A stretch of 64,000 nucleotides of DNA from Antedon mediterranea (Eukaryota; Animalia; Echinodermata). The notes beneath the pieces are model-generated. The model was not told the origin of the DNA. It did not search any database and saw only the letters and a list, made by a program, of their open reading frames with translations. Every line of letters begins with the position of its first letter. Positions within the stretch are counted from its first letter, which is position 1. The DNA lies in contig NC_092676.1 in NCBI RefSeq assembly GCF_964355755.1, positions 3,635,888-3,699,887 on the forward strand. The letters run 5' to 3'. Shown here piece by piece: positions 1-12,032 of the stretch. Both the position numbers and the translations under genes were made by a program.

Positions 1-331
1 GCAAAGAGGCCACGTACGAAAATGGTAAATTGCGTATCAAAGGCATAGCAACTTCTGACAAGGTGACAATTAAGTACGAAAATATTAAAACATCTACGCG
101 TTAGAGAAGATGAGATGAGATAACTAAGATGACGTCACCTAGTTGTGGATGAGCTAATAATGATGCAAACGTGTACGAAAATGTTAAATTATCACCGAGA
201 TTAAGAAGAGTTGGAATCAACATTTCAGATAATCGCGAAGATGACGTAACCAAGGTGCATGCGAGTAAAAAAACGACGTATACGAAAATGTATCGGTACG
301 GACAAAAGCAGTGAAGTGTGCTAAGATATAG
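1..331 (+). pseudogene. 3' end of an array-1 Ig receptor cytoplasmic tail (YEN type), degenerate
   Basis: Translates to KEATYENGKL...KYENIKTSTR*, then NVYENVKLSPRLRR...DNREDDVT and DVYENVSVRTKAVKCAKI* in shifted frames. Homologous to 5360-5593. The 5' part is outside the window. Confidence 0.7.
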
Positions 332-1289
332 AGGAAGCAAAACTGAACCAAACGTACAGAATATTCATACAAAAACAAACAATGAAAACTGCACTAACGC
401 ATATTATCATATAGACTTGTTTATGAAGTGTTCAATACCTAAATTAGAGGTTTATACCAGGTATGATATATTTAGTATTGATGTTTTTATTAGTGAAAAT
501 GATAACTTTTAACATTTGCAAACTACTGTCCCCAACACGTACAGGGGTGTGACCTAAAAGTATTGTAAGACTAGTATGGGCCATGATACTTCCATGGTAA
601 GAGAAATAGAAAAGTAGGCTAAATATATACGTTGAATTATTATAGCAGAGTATTAAAATATTGTAATTTTGTTTAAGGAAGTAAATCAAAAAATATTATA
701 TTATAAATAATCAACTCTGAGATTAACATTAACCAGGAAAGGGAAGGAAGGAAGTATTAGAAAACAATGCAATATACATGGCTGCAGTCGCGTGCTCAAG
801 TTAGTGTTTACCGACCGAGCAATTGACCGACATAGAGAGATGTAAAGTCGCATTGCAAGCGACTAATAATTAGCAGAATTAAACTGTACAGAAACGAGTA
901 AAGAAAAACAGAATAAAGTTCATCGATAACATACTCTTATTTGGCATGAAATAAGCAACAATAAAATATCGATTATATGCAAGTACACGTGATTGTCCAA
1001 AATGGATTTTCCATGTTTCTATATAAAGCTGCGATTGTATACGCCATTAGATTTCTATATAAATATAAATATAATTTAATTATTAAACTTTAAGCAAGAA
1101 CTTATATATATTGATCGATATTTACACGTTGCAAATTAGTAATTTTGTAAAAATGTATTTAATAAATATTTTGCTTTAAGTCTATAATTTTTTACTGTAT
1201 ATTTATAACTGCAAAGTTAACGGACAAAAACCTCGCATAAATCACTTGAATTGAGAGGTATAGAGAAATTGAACAGTACATTGTTAATT

Positions 1290-1480
1290 TTTTTTTAATA
1301 GTTAATAGACTTTTATTTCGCATCTTTCTTTCTTTGTTTAAATGAAATCTGAAAATTGGACCCCATTGGAAATAAGTTTGCTTTTTTGTCGACTTAATGG
1401 GTTATCCAGGTATTCTTTTAATACATTGTATATTTTAACTTTTTATGTATGAATATCGAATAAAATCAATCAATCAATCA
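1290..1480 (+). repeat. Retroelement 3' tail ending in AATAAA-(TCAA)n
   Basis: 1358-1480 is the near reverse complement of 27079-27205 and ends in a microsatellite tail. The left boundary is approximate. Confidence 0.55.
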
Positions 1481-1886
1481 ATTTGACATTTTTGTATATT
1501 AATAGGCATGTGTTTTGTAACTTTTAAAGGTTACTTTATTATTACTTGTATTAATTTTTAATGTAACCGAGTAAATTACGTAATTTATTGTTTTATGACA
1601 TACAATACAGGAAATAAATTCAGACTTATGTTTTTATTTTACAGAGAATAAATAAATAGTATCAGATATCACAAATGTGTGAAGAAATACATTAAAAATA
1701 TTATTTTATTCTCTCAGCTTGAGTGTACTACTTACAGTACGCTCATGTAAATATATATTTAATTGAATATGTATAAGTAATTGTTTCTGTAATTGATTAT
1801 TATAAGAGAGCAGACAAATTAAACTTAATTTAAAGTAAATTTTTCCAAATGTTATTGTACTTGTTTGTTGATTAAGGAACAAATGA

Positions 1887-2324
1887 ATGGAAAGGGCACC
1901 AGTTGAGATCAACGTTAACGAGAATAAGAAAGAAAGTTGTAAAAAAAAAAATGAATATGACTGTGTAAAATCAGCAGACAATCGAAACGATAAAATGACT
2001 GAAACAGACAGTGAAAATGAGTATGATTATGTGGAAACATCAGGCATAGGCGTCAAAGAAGGCTCTGCAGAATACATTGAGGTTGTTGATGACAACACTG
2101 ATGCTGATTCCATGATTGCACTACTAAAAACAGAAACTAGTAGGCCTACTGTGGCTGAGTACAATGATGCTTCAATACAACAAAACTATATTTCAATAAA
2201 TATTAGAGAAAATGATAAAGAGGCTGAGTTCGAAAACAGTAAATTACATCGTGTTAAAGGTATCTTCGACGTATACGAAAACGCATCTGTACGCACAAAA
2301 CCACTGAAGTCTGCAAGGAAATAG
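1887..2324 (+). pseudogene. Orphan Ig-receptor cytoplasmic-tail fragment without ectodomain or TM
   Basis: NEYDYVETS, EAEFENSKLH and DVYENASVRTKPLKSARK align with the tail of 4160-5593. No Ig or TM sequence lies upstream. Confidence 0.7.
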
Positions 2325-3381
2325 AAGAAGCAAAACAGAACCAAACGTAAGATCAAAAACAACGATGAAAACTTCACCAAACAATACATTACATCAAATA
2401 CCTCTTTAAAAAAATAAATATCTGCCATTTCAGTTTCCCAGGTATGATCTATTAAGGCTTTTGTTAAGTGAACTTTCACTTTTTCCAAAATACTCATAAT
2501 TTGACAAAATAAGCAATAATGACTAAATCATACGTTGAAATGTACAGTAATTAATTGGTTTGATGTTTAAGAAAATAAAATGAAATAAATTAGAGAGATG
2601 AATATTAACCAGAAAATAGAAGAGTAGGAAGTCCTAGAAAATAATTAGCAAGAATTGAAATCGTACAGGAAAAAAAGTCAGCAAACATAAGCATTCTAAC
2701 GTGATCGTCAAAATGGTCTATGATGGTTCTCTCTAAAACCTCGACTATACGTCATTAGATTTATATAAATATAATAATTATAACTAATAAACTTTAAGCA
2801 AGAACTAAATTGTTAAGTTATTTACACGTTACAAGTTTCTAGTTTTGTGAATATACATTTAATAAAATAATTGTACCAGGTATTACGAACGTTGGAAAGA
2901 TAGCTATCTTACACTTTAGTAATTTTTATTAAAAGATAGAGATAAACTTTAACTTCAGCATTTATCAAGTATTCCTGTCGTGTGTGGCAGCAGACGGCAA
3001 CTTACTTAAAAAGAAAAAAAGAAACAGGAATGATCCAACGTTTTAGTTTTAAGTTACTCTATAGGGGGCGGTATGCATTACTAGTTTTACCTATAGAATG
3101 GAATATGTTAAAATAACTGTATACAGGTTACGTAGTTGATGCTAATATCACTTTAGCAGGGGTACGCTACAATACAGTTCACAGTAATCTGAGTGTTTAA
3201 ACAGAGTATATTGTACCAACAACGTGCACATGTGAGCATCTACAAAAAGTATTATAAAGGCTAATTTTAAGTCTAAGTATAATTGAATTTTGTATTATTA
3301 TTTCTGGACATTTTTGATCCATACAATCTGGAATTTGATGGGTAAGGTAATCGATATTGAAGTTTAGCAGACGTGTTTATA

Positions 3382-5593
3382 ATGGCTCATCATCAACATT
3401 GTACATTGCTGATGGTTATATTGTATACTATTTTTTACTGCTGCTGTGCACAAACCTATACTTTTACAAAACATCCACAATCGGTTCTCGTTACGGAAGG
3501 ACAAACAGCAACGTTGTCGTGTGAATGGACAACAGCACCAACACATGACGTTTTCTGGTCTTTTTTTCGCTCGTGTTGGTACGCCTAAATTAATTGAAAG
3601 TTTAACATTAAAATACAATGTAACAAGTAAAGCAACATCTTCAAATCTTTCCATTTTTAATGTTGATTCTGATGACGTAGGAAGCTTAAGATACAGATGT
3701 GATATCTTGGATAGTGATTCATACAGTCTTTCTGAACTTGCTTCTGTAGTGCTAGCAGAAATAACGTGCAATCCAGAGAATGGCAATGGTGAGATAGGAA
3801 CAACGCTGACATGTTCTTATATTTTGTCTCATCCGTTAGATAATGTTGATTTATTATGGTTCAGATATGGAAGTGTAATTGAATCACATCACAAACAAAT
3901 GCATGTTTTAGAATCAAGGGTTTTGACTGCCGAAGACGATGGAGTTGTATTTACTTGTAAAGCCACAATGGGATCTCAAGTGATAGGAACTTGTGAAACT
4001 ACTCCGCTAATATTGAACATAGATGCAGAGATTGAACAATAACCACCAGGTCCACTTCAGGTTGGTGATAGCTTTAATCTCACGTGCTTTGGGAAAGGTA
4101 GTCCTGATCCTGGTAATTATATTTATGAATGGATATGGAACAACATTTCTGTAGATTCTTTGAAAAGTAATTGGCGATTTGCAATAAGCAATGTATTTAC
4201 TGTGAAGAGTGCGACAACCAAAGACAACGGTGAAATAGTTACTTGTACTGTCAGTCGTGTTGGACGTGACAGCAGTACAGAGAGCTATACAATAAACATT
4301 TCGGAGATTCCATTGAGTATATTAACTACACCTTTGCAATATTCTGTTACAGACCTATTACTATCAACCAATGTCTCGGACAATGAACCTCCAAAACTAA
4401 CGATTGTCGTTGGTGTCGTAGCTCTTGCGATTTTTATAACAGCAATTATAATTTACTTTTTACACAGAAGGCGCAAGAGCAATCAGTACGCCAACAAAAC
4501 AAAACCAATGAGCCTACAATTACAGCCAAATTGTGGTCACATGGAACAACAAATTACATTTTTTGACAACAGAATTATACAAACTTCAACAAACCTCGAC
4601 AACATGCGTGAAACAGCTTTGACCCTAGATGGTCGAATGTTAGAGTCTAACACACAAGATACCAGTATGCATGAAAACCCTACCGTGTCAGCACAGGATA
4701 CAATAAAAGAAAAGTATTATATGGGATCGGTAGACATTCACAACAATGGAATCACTACAACATGCAACAAAAATGAATGTGATAGTGTGGATTTAACAAC
4801 AGACAAGCAGAGTACTAAAATGGCAGCTGAAAGAGACAGCCAAAATGACTGTGATTTTGTGGAGTCAGCAACAGACAATCACAACATTGAAACCATCACA
4901 TCAGGTAGCGTAAATGAGTATGATTATGTGGAAACATCATGCAATGGCGCTAGAGTGAAGACTATCAGAAAAAACATTGAACTTGCCGATGACAACAGCA
5001 ATTTTCCCAAGAGAAAGCCACTGAAAACAGAGAATAATAGGCCTACAACGACTAAGTACAATAATGATTCAATGTCACAAGCAGATGTTTCCAGAAATGC
5101 CAGAGCTAATGATGAATTGGCCAAAAACTTGCATCACCTCAAAGATATCACAAGCATGGCAACATCTGACGACCAGAACATGTATGAAAATGTTAAAATG
5201 CCGCGATTGAGGAAAGATAAAGTACTGCTTATAGTTACAGGCAGTAGAGAGGATGACGTCACCCCAGTACACGACGCGAATACAAAACCCGATACAAACG
5301 TGTACGAAAATGCTTCGATGTCAAAAACATGTGTTTCCAGAAATAACAGAACCAACGATAAAGAGGCTGAGTATGAAAACAGTAAACTGCATCTTAAAGA
5401 TATCACAAGCATGACAACATCTGACGACCAGAACATGTACGAAAATGTGAAAAGTGTGTTACCGAGACTGAGAAAAGATGGAGTAACCGTTATGGACAAC
5501 CGCGAGGATGACGTCACCATAGTGCACGCGAATACACATGTGTACGAAAATGCACCAATACGAACAAAAGCAGTGAAGTCTGCTAAGAAATAA
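3382..5593 (+). pseudogene. Single-exon 3-Ig transmembrane receptor with YEN/YDY tail, disrupted
   Basis: ATG at 3382, +1 frameshift in the T7 run 3561-3567, and TAA at 4040-4042 where paralogs have TCA (QSPPG). The ORFs 3446 and 4160 are in the same frame. TM is IVVGVVALAIFITAIIIYFL, followed by HRRRK. Confidence 0.85.
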
Positions 5594-5764
5594 AAGAAGA
5601 AAAACAGAACCAAACGTACAAAATATTCATACAAATACAAACAATAAGGGGTGTGACTTATTGTCAAGTAGTAAGTATTGTAAGACTAGTACGGACCATG
5701 ACAGTTCCATGCTACGATAAATAGAAAAGTAGGCTAAATATATACGTTAACATCTTGAATTATT

Positions 5765-8083
5765 TTGCTGGAGAAAACATCAGGCTCATTGATGATCTCC
5801 TATACTATACTGTTGAAGAAGATGTGAGTAGAGAGTTCATGTTTAAGGTGTTGGAAAAATTTAACTTTGGAAAGTCCTTTTGTAAATGGGTAAAAACAAT
5901 TTATAAAAACACAGAATGTGTCATTGTTAACAATGGATGGGTATCTGAAAATTTTGAAATGAAATGTGGTATACGACAAGGCTGTCCCTTGCCAGCATTA
6001 CTATTTCTATTGGTTGTAGAAACAATGGCAAGTAACCTAAGAAATGATCAACATTATAATGGAATTTTGCTACCTGGTCCTACAAAAGAGGAAGAACGTA
6101 TAGCACAACTTGCAGATGATACAGTATTGTTTGCAAGAAACGAAAAAAGTATAAAAAGAGGTCTATTCATTGTTAATAATTTCTGTGAAGTATCTGGTTT
6201 AAGCTTAAACAAAAACAAAACTAGTGCCATGTGGATTGGTAAAAATAGATTTTAAAAAGATAAACCTTTTAATTTAAACTGGGTCACTGATCCTATAAAA
6301 ATCTTAGGAATATACTTAGGTATGATGCTGAATTATGTAAAGAATTAAACTGGGCTAAAAAATTAACAAACCTTGAAAAAGTATTAAACTCTTGGAAAGC
6401 AAGGAATCTTACAATTTTTGGAAAAGTCACAGTTTTAAAAAGTTTAGCTTTAGCCCCATTAATTTACAACGCATCCATAATTGATGTGCCTGAAAGTTTC
6501 GTTAAAAGGATAACACAATTGTCTTATGAATTTCTTTGGGATGGAAAAAATGAAAAGATAAAAAGAAAAACATTAATTGGTAATATAATTGAGGGTGGCA
6601 TTAATATGCCAGATTTTTCTACTCAAGTTAAAACACTTAAAATCACATGGGTAAAGAGAATTCTTTGTAGAAAACATGTAAAATGGAAAGTACTTCCACT
6701 GTATTATATAAACAAGATTGGAAGTGATTATATGGTGTTTAATATGTCAAACTAGAATATAAGAAAGGGCAGTTTTTTGTTAGCTAAGATGCCCTTATTT
6801 TATTCAAATGTAATAAAAAGTTGTGCAGAATTTAATACAAATATAAACAGTAAGGCAAAATCTTATAATAATGTTATACAAGAAAAACCTATGGGGTAAT
6901 AATGAAATTGTTTGTAAAAACACTACTTTGTTTTATAAAACGTGGAGTAATGTAGGTTTCAATCAGATCAATGATTTAGTAAGAATCAATAGACTAATGA
7001 ACCCACATGAAATGTTATCAAAATTAAATGTCAAAAGAAACTGGCTTAGTGAATATGCTACACTTATGCAAGCTATTCCTAAAGGTTGGCTGGATTTAAT
7101 AAAAAATTATAATGGAGATAGTGTTAAATTAAATTCAGATGATTATAAAATAAATAAGATATTTCAGATGAAAACAAAACAGATATATTCAAGTTTTATA
7201 GAAGGTATGTTTGTTGCTCCTATTACTATTCCCAAATGGGAAAAAGAAATTGATATTGAAATTACAAACTGGTTTGATATTTGGTCAAGAAAAGTAAAAA
7301 ATGAGAAAAACAAAAAATATGCACAACTTAATTACAAATTACTTCTTAGAATTTTACCAACACATTTACAATTATATAAATGGAATATTAAGAACACAAA
7401 AAAATGTGAGTTATGTGATGTAACTGAGGATGAAAAGCACATGTTTTTCAAATGTAAAAGCAATGTATTATTATGGAAAAAAATCAATTTTTAAAAAGTT
7501 AGATAATAGTAACTGTTCTTTTGAAGAACTTGTTTTTGGGTCTGAATGCAACATAAAAAAATAAGTTATACTCAATTGCTCTATATTCTATATATAAAAT
7601 AAAAATATTGTCAGAATTAAATAAGTCAGTATGTAAAAACTCATGGATAATGTTTAAAAATATACTTACACAAGAGTATACCATGAAAGTATTTTATTAA
7701 TTGTTTATTTTGAAGGTTACTGTAAATAAAGTAATTTGTACAAAAATGTAAATAGAGCAAATAAAACAGAAAAAAAGAGGAAAAAAGGAAAAAAACAATA
7801 AAAAGAAGTGTAAAAAAAATAGCATGGTAAATGCTATACTCTACAAGCAACTGGTTATTGAGGTGCTTTTGATTTTCCATATTTATTGATATTGTTTTCA
7901 GTTTATATGTAATGTAAATGTGTAAATGATATCTTGCAGAGTTTTTTTAAGATGAAAGGGGAAACTTTATGTCTATGAATGAAAATAGTATATATTTAAA
8001 AAGATAATATACAAACTTAATAAAATTGTTTATTTATGTTTTGAAATGAAATAAAGGTGAGTGAACCTCACAAAAGAGAAAAA
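5765..8083 (+). mobile_element. 5'-truncated L1/Tx1-type LINE (RT and C-terminal zinc knuckle), decayed
   Basis: GIRQGCPL and IAQLADDT RT motifs, CELCDVTEDEKHMFFKC knuckle, AATAAA and A-rich end. 16-bp TSD AACATCTTGAATTATT at 5749-5764 and 8084-8099. Confidence 0.92.
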
Positions 8084-9806
8084 AACATCTTGAATTATTA
8101 TATCAGAAACAAATATTATAAAGTATATATAGCAACATAGGCCTAAGTGTCCTAATTTGACATCATTTGTTTAAATAGATAAAAAAAAAACACAAATATG
8201 AAAGTACGCGTAATCGTCAAAGTGGTCTGTGTTGGTTCTCTATAAAACATCGACTGTAGATTTTATATAAATATAATAATTATAGATAATAAACTTTAAG
8301 GAACAACTTAATTATTGACAAACCAGAAAAGAGAAGGTACGAAGTATTATAAAATAGTTAGCAAGAATTGAATAGTACAGGAAATAAAGTAAGCAAACAT
8401 AGGTTACCTAACACGTGATCGTCAAAATGGTGTCTATGACGGTTCTCTCTAAAACCTCGACTAATACGTCATTAGAAAATAATAAGCAAGAATTGAAATC
8501 GTTCAGGAAAAAAGTCAAGCCTTCTAACGTGACCGTCAAAATGGTCTATGACGGTTCTCTCTAAAACCTCGACTATACGTCATTATATTTGTATAGGCCT
8601 ATGCATTTAATAAATAAATTGTATCAGATATTACAAACGTTATAAAGAAAATCATCTTGTTCTTTATTATTTTTTTTACTAAAAGATAGCAAACAACTTA
8701 ACTTAATAAAGTTAATGAAGGGAAAACATTGAAAATGAAACGTTTTGATACTTTGTTACTATGTTATTTAAGGAAACATTAAATTATAACCGAGCAATTC
8801 TTTATATAATGTATCTATTATTTAACAAAATGGCGCCTTCAACTTCGTGAAACGAAACAAGTTAGGCGTACATTTTATTTTACGGTAATGTAAATATAGT
8901 AGGCCTACCTTATTCTACAATGAATAGCAAAAATAAATTTCATGGAATTTACAATTATTTGTTTAGAGTATGTAGGCCTAATTGATTGTTATTAGAGGAG
9001 AGGAAACAAATTTAATAAAGTGGATTTTTTCAAATATTTTTATACAAATTAAAGTATTTATTTATTAAGGTAACTGAGAGTAATAGTAATGACAAAAAAT
9101 GATAAAGATTTTGGGAACTAAGAAATTATAGATGGTGAAGGTTACAGCTTGGTTCCTTCAATCAAACACAATATGGGTTTTCTTATTACGAAAAAAAAAC
9201 AAAGAAAGTTCTAAATACTTTCTACACTGTGTAGGCCTACATTTAGAAAATTGCCAAAATTACTGTCTTCAAATGGACTTTGTTTAAAAGATATTTAGAA
9301 GAGTAAAGGATCAAATAATAAATAAATTATTGTTCTTATTAAATGATCAATAATCCAACATATATCTACAGTAATAGGCATTAGTATATAAGAAGTTTTA
9401 TAACTCGTTGACAGCATTGTCTAAATTCAAATAGACTAAAAATAAAGCCTTAAGAAAGAACGAATTTATAAAATATATAATTATAAAAACATGATTAACA
9501 ACCTAATGAACGGAAGAAAAAACAAACAACAAACTAACTAAACATAGCCTATATGGATGAAAAATAAATAAAAAGACATCCGTGGATTTTGTACTACAGA
9601 AAAGTATATTTCAAAAATACATTAAAATAGGAATATACCTCCTCAGCGTTTTAGTATAAAAAAATAACTCAAGGGGGCGGTATACAGTTATACAACTGGA
9701 GTTTTACTTATTTTACAATAATGGAATAAGATTTGTTTACAAAACCTTAGAGCGGATGCGCAGTTATTTCTGTGTATAGCATGTGACCAGGTTTGATGTA
9801 TCAATA

Positions 9807-11767
9807 GGTTCTAGGACACCTACCCCCTAGACAGTTACCCCCCGGATATTTACCACCCGGACAACTACCCCCTTAGGACAACTACCCCCCGGACAACTAC
9901 CCCCCGGACAACTACCCCCTTAGGACAACTACCCCCTTAGGATAACAACCCCCCGGACAACTACCCCCCGGACAACTACCCCCTTAGGACAACTACCCCC
10001 TTAGGATAACTACCCCCCGGTCAACTACCCCCCGGTCAACTACCCCCCCCCCCCCCCAATCCAAAAGTAGACAAACGGTTTCTGTAAAAATGAAATCATA
10101 TGTTTTTAACGGGTGTTTCGAAACTAGAGACCCGAGACCAGAGACCTGACACGAGACCCAATACGAAAAGGGAGACCTATATTTGGGTCTCCCTTTTCGT
10201 ATATTAGGGTCTCCCTTTTCGTATAGTGTGGTCTCTCTTTTCGTATAGTGGGGTCTCCCTTTTCGTATAATTTGGGTCTCCCTTTTCGTATATTTAGGTC
10301 TCCCTTTTCGTATATTAGGGTCTCTCTTTTCGTATAGTAGGGTCTCCCTTTTCGTACGTGGGTCTCTCTTTTCGTATATTTAGGTCTCCCTTTTCGTATT
10401 GGGTCTCGGGTCTCTGGTCTCTGGTCTCGGGTCTCTAGTTTCGAAACACCCGTTTTTAACCGATTATTCTGTTTAACAGCACGCTAGACCCTAGATGTGC
10501 TAGATTTAAAGTACCGTATTTATTGACAAAACGGCCTGGGCTGTTTATTGTTTAGGTGGTTTTTAGGTGGACATTTATTGGAAGAAAGTTGTTTATTCAA
10601 TGGGAGGGGGTATAATCTAATGGAAATAGACGCCGATTATTAATTCCATATGATGTTTCATGGGAGTGACATGATCACCGTTTATTTGAGGGGAATTTAT
10701 TTAAAGATCGCCGTTTATTCGGTGAGTGAACATTGAGGTCAAATATCAAAAGTGATATTATTCTTCAAGTGTACAAAAATACATATATGACAAATTTGAG
10801 ACAAAAATTAATTCTTTTAAGACCAGTGGTTATCGAAGCATTGTCCTGACGCAAACATTATTATTATTATTAGCGAACCCAGTCTTTACAGTAAATACAG
10901 GGAGTACTATATAATACGTTCGACTATCCTATGATCATGTGTGACAATCTTCAGTTTAAACCAGGCTATATTTATGTTCAATCTTTTACTTTTGTTTACA
11001 ATAATGAATAGTAATTCGTCAAAGTAACGAATTAAAATATAGTTATTAATTCCTATTATACACTGTTGCAGAGTCAGGTTGTTGAATGGTCTGGGTGGTA
11101 GTTGTCCGTCCGGGGGGTAGTTGTTCTAAAGGGATAGTTTTCTGGGTGGTAGTTGTCCAGGGGTTAGTTGTCCTACGGAGGTAGTTGTCCTAAAATATTA
11201 TTTGCCCTCGGAGTATTGTCCAGGTCCAGGAGGTAGTTGTCCTACCCGGTATTGTGTCAGAGGTAGTTGTCCGCGGGGTAATTACCCGGGTGGGGGGGGG
11301 GGTTGTCAGGGCGTAATTGTTCCTAGGGGGTAATTGTCCGGGGGTAATTGTTCCTAGGGGGTAATTGTCCGGGGGGTAGTTGTCCAGGGGTTAGTTGTCC
11401 TACGGAGGTAGTTGTCCTAAAAGATTATTTTCCCTCGGAGTATTGTCCAGGAAGTAGTTGTCCTACGGGGAGTATTGTGTCAGAGGTAGTTGTCCGGGGG
11501 GTAATTGTCCGGGGGGTAATTGTCCGGGGGGTAAATGTCCGGGGGGTAATTGTTCCTAGGGGGTAAATGTCCGGGGGGTAGTTGTCCGGGGGGTAGTTGT
11601 CCTAAGGGGGTAGTTGTCCTAAGGGGGTAGTTGTCCGGGGGGTATTTGTCCGGGGGGTAGTTGTCCTAAAGGGGTAGTTGTCCTAAGGGGGTAGTGGTCC
11701 AGGTGGTGGTTGTCCGGGGGGTAGTTTTCCGGGTGGTAAATGTCCAGGGGGTGAATATCCGGATACG
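9807..11767. mobile_element. Non-autonomous foldback/MULE-like DNA element with minisatellite arms
   Basis: GGACAACTACCCCC arrays at 9807-10050 are inverted relative to GGGGGTAGTTGTCC arrays at 11090-11767. 9-bp TSD GTATCAATA at 9798-9806 and 11768-11776. Confidence 0.85.
10111..10451. mobile_element. MITE nested in the foldback element
   Basis: TIR GGGTGTTTCGAAACTAGAGACCCGAGACCAGAGACC, internal GGGTCTCCCTTTTCGTATA repeats, 9-bp TSD GTTTTTAAC at 10102-10110 and 10452-10460. Confidence 0.88.
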
Positions 11768-12032
11768 GTATCAATACAGTGACTACCGGTACATAGTGTA
11801 TAGGAATCAGATCGAGTGAGTGTTTAAACTGAGTACGATTTCATAACAACGCGAGTATCGACTAACAATAAGGTTTACATTATAAACATTATTGTTTAAT
11901 CATCAGCATTTACCTACGTCTATTTGTGTACGTTTTTGTTTCATCAAAAATCTCTAGTTTGGAAGTTGATTTAAACTGAACCAAGGTAATATTGGAAGCT
12001 GAACTAGAAACTACCAAGTCGCAGTGTTTATA

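Noticed and set aside
10150-10400. GGTCTC-rich regularly spaced repeats (CRISPR-like or synthetic)
   Set aside because: The spacers are only 3-5 nt, and the array is bounded by TIRs and a TSD, so it is a MITE.
11348-11566. 72-aa ORF with VIVRG repeats
   Set aside because: It is a translation of the foldback minisatellite.
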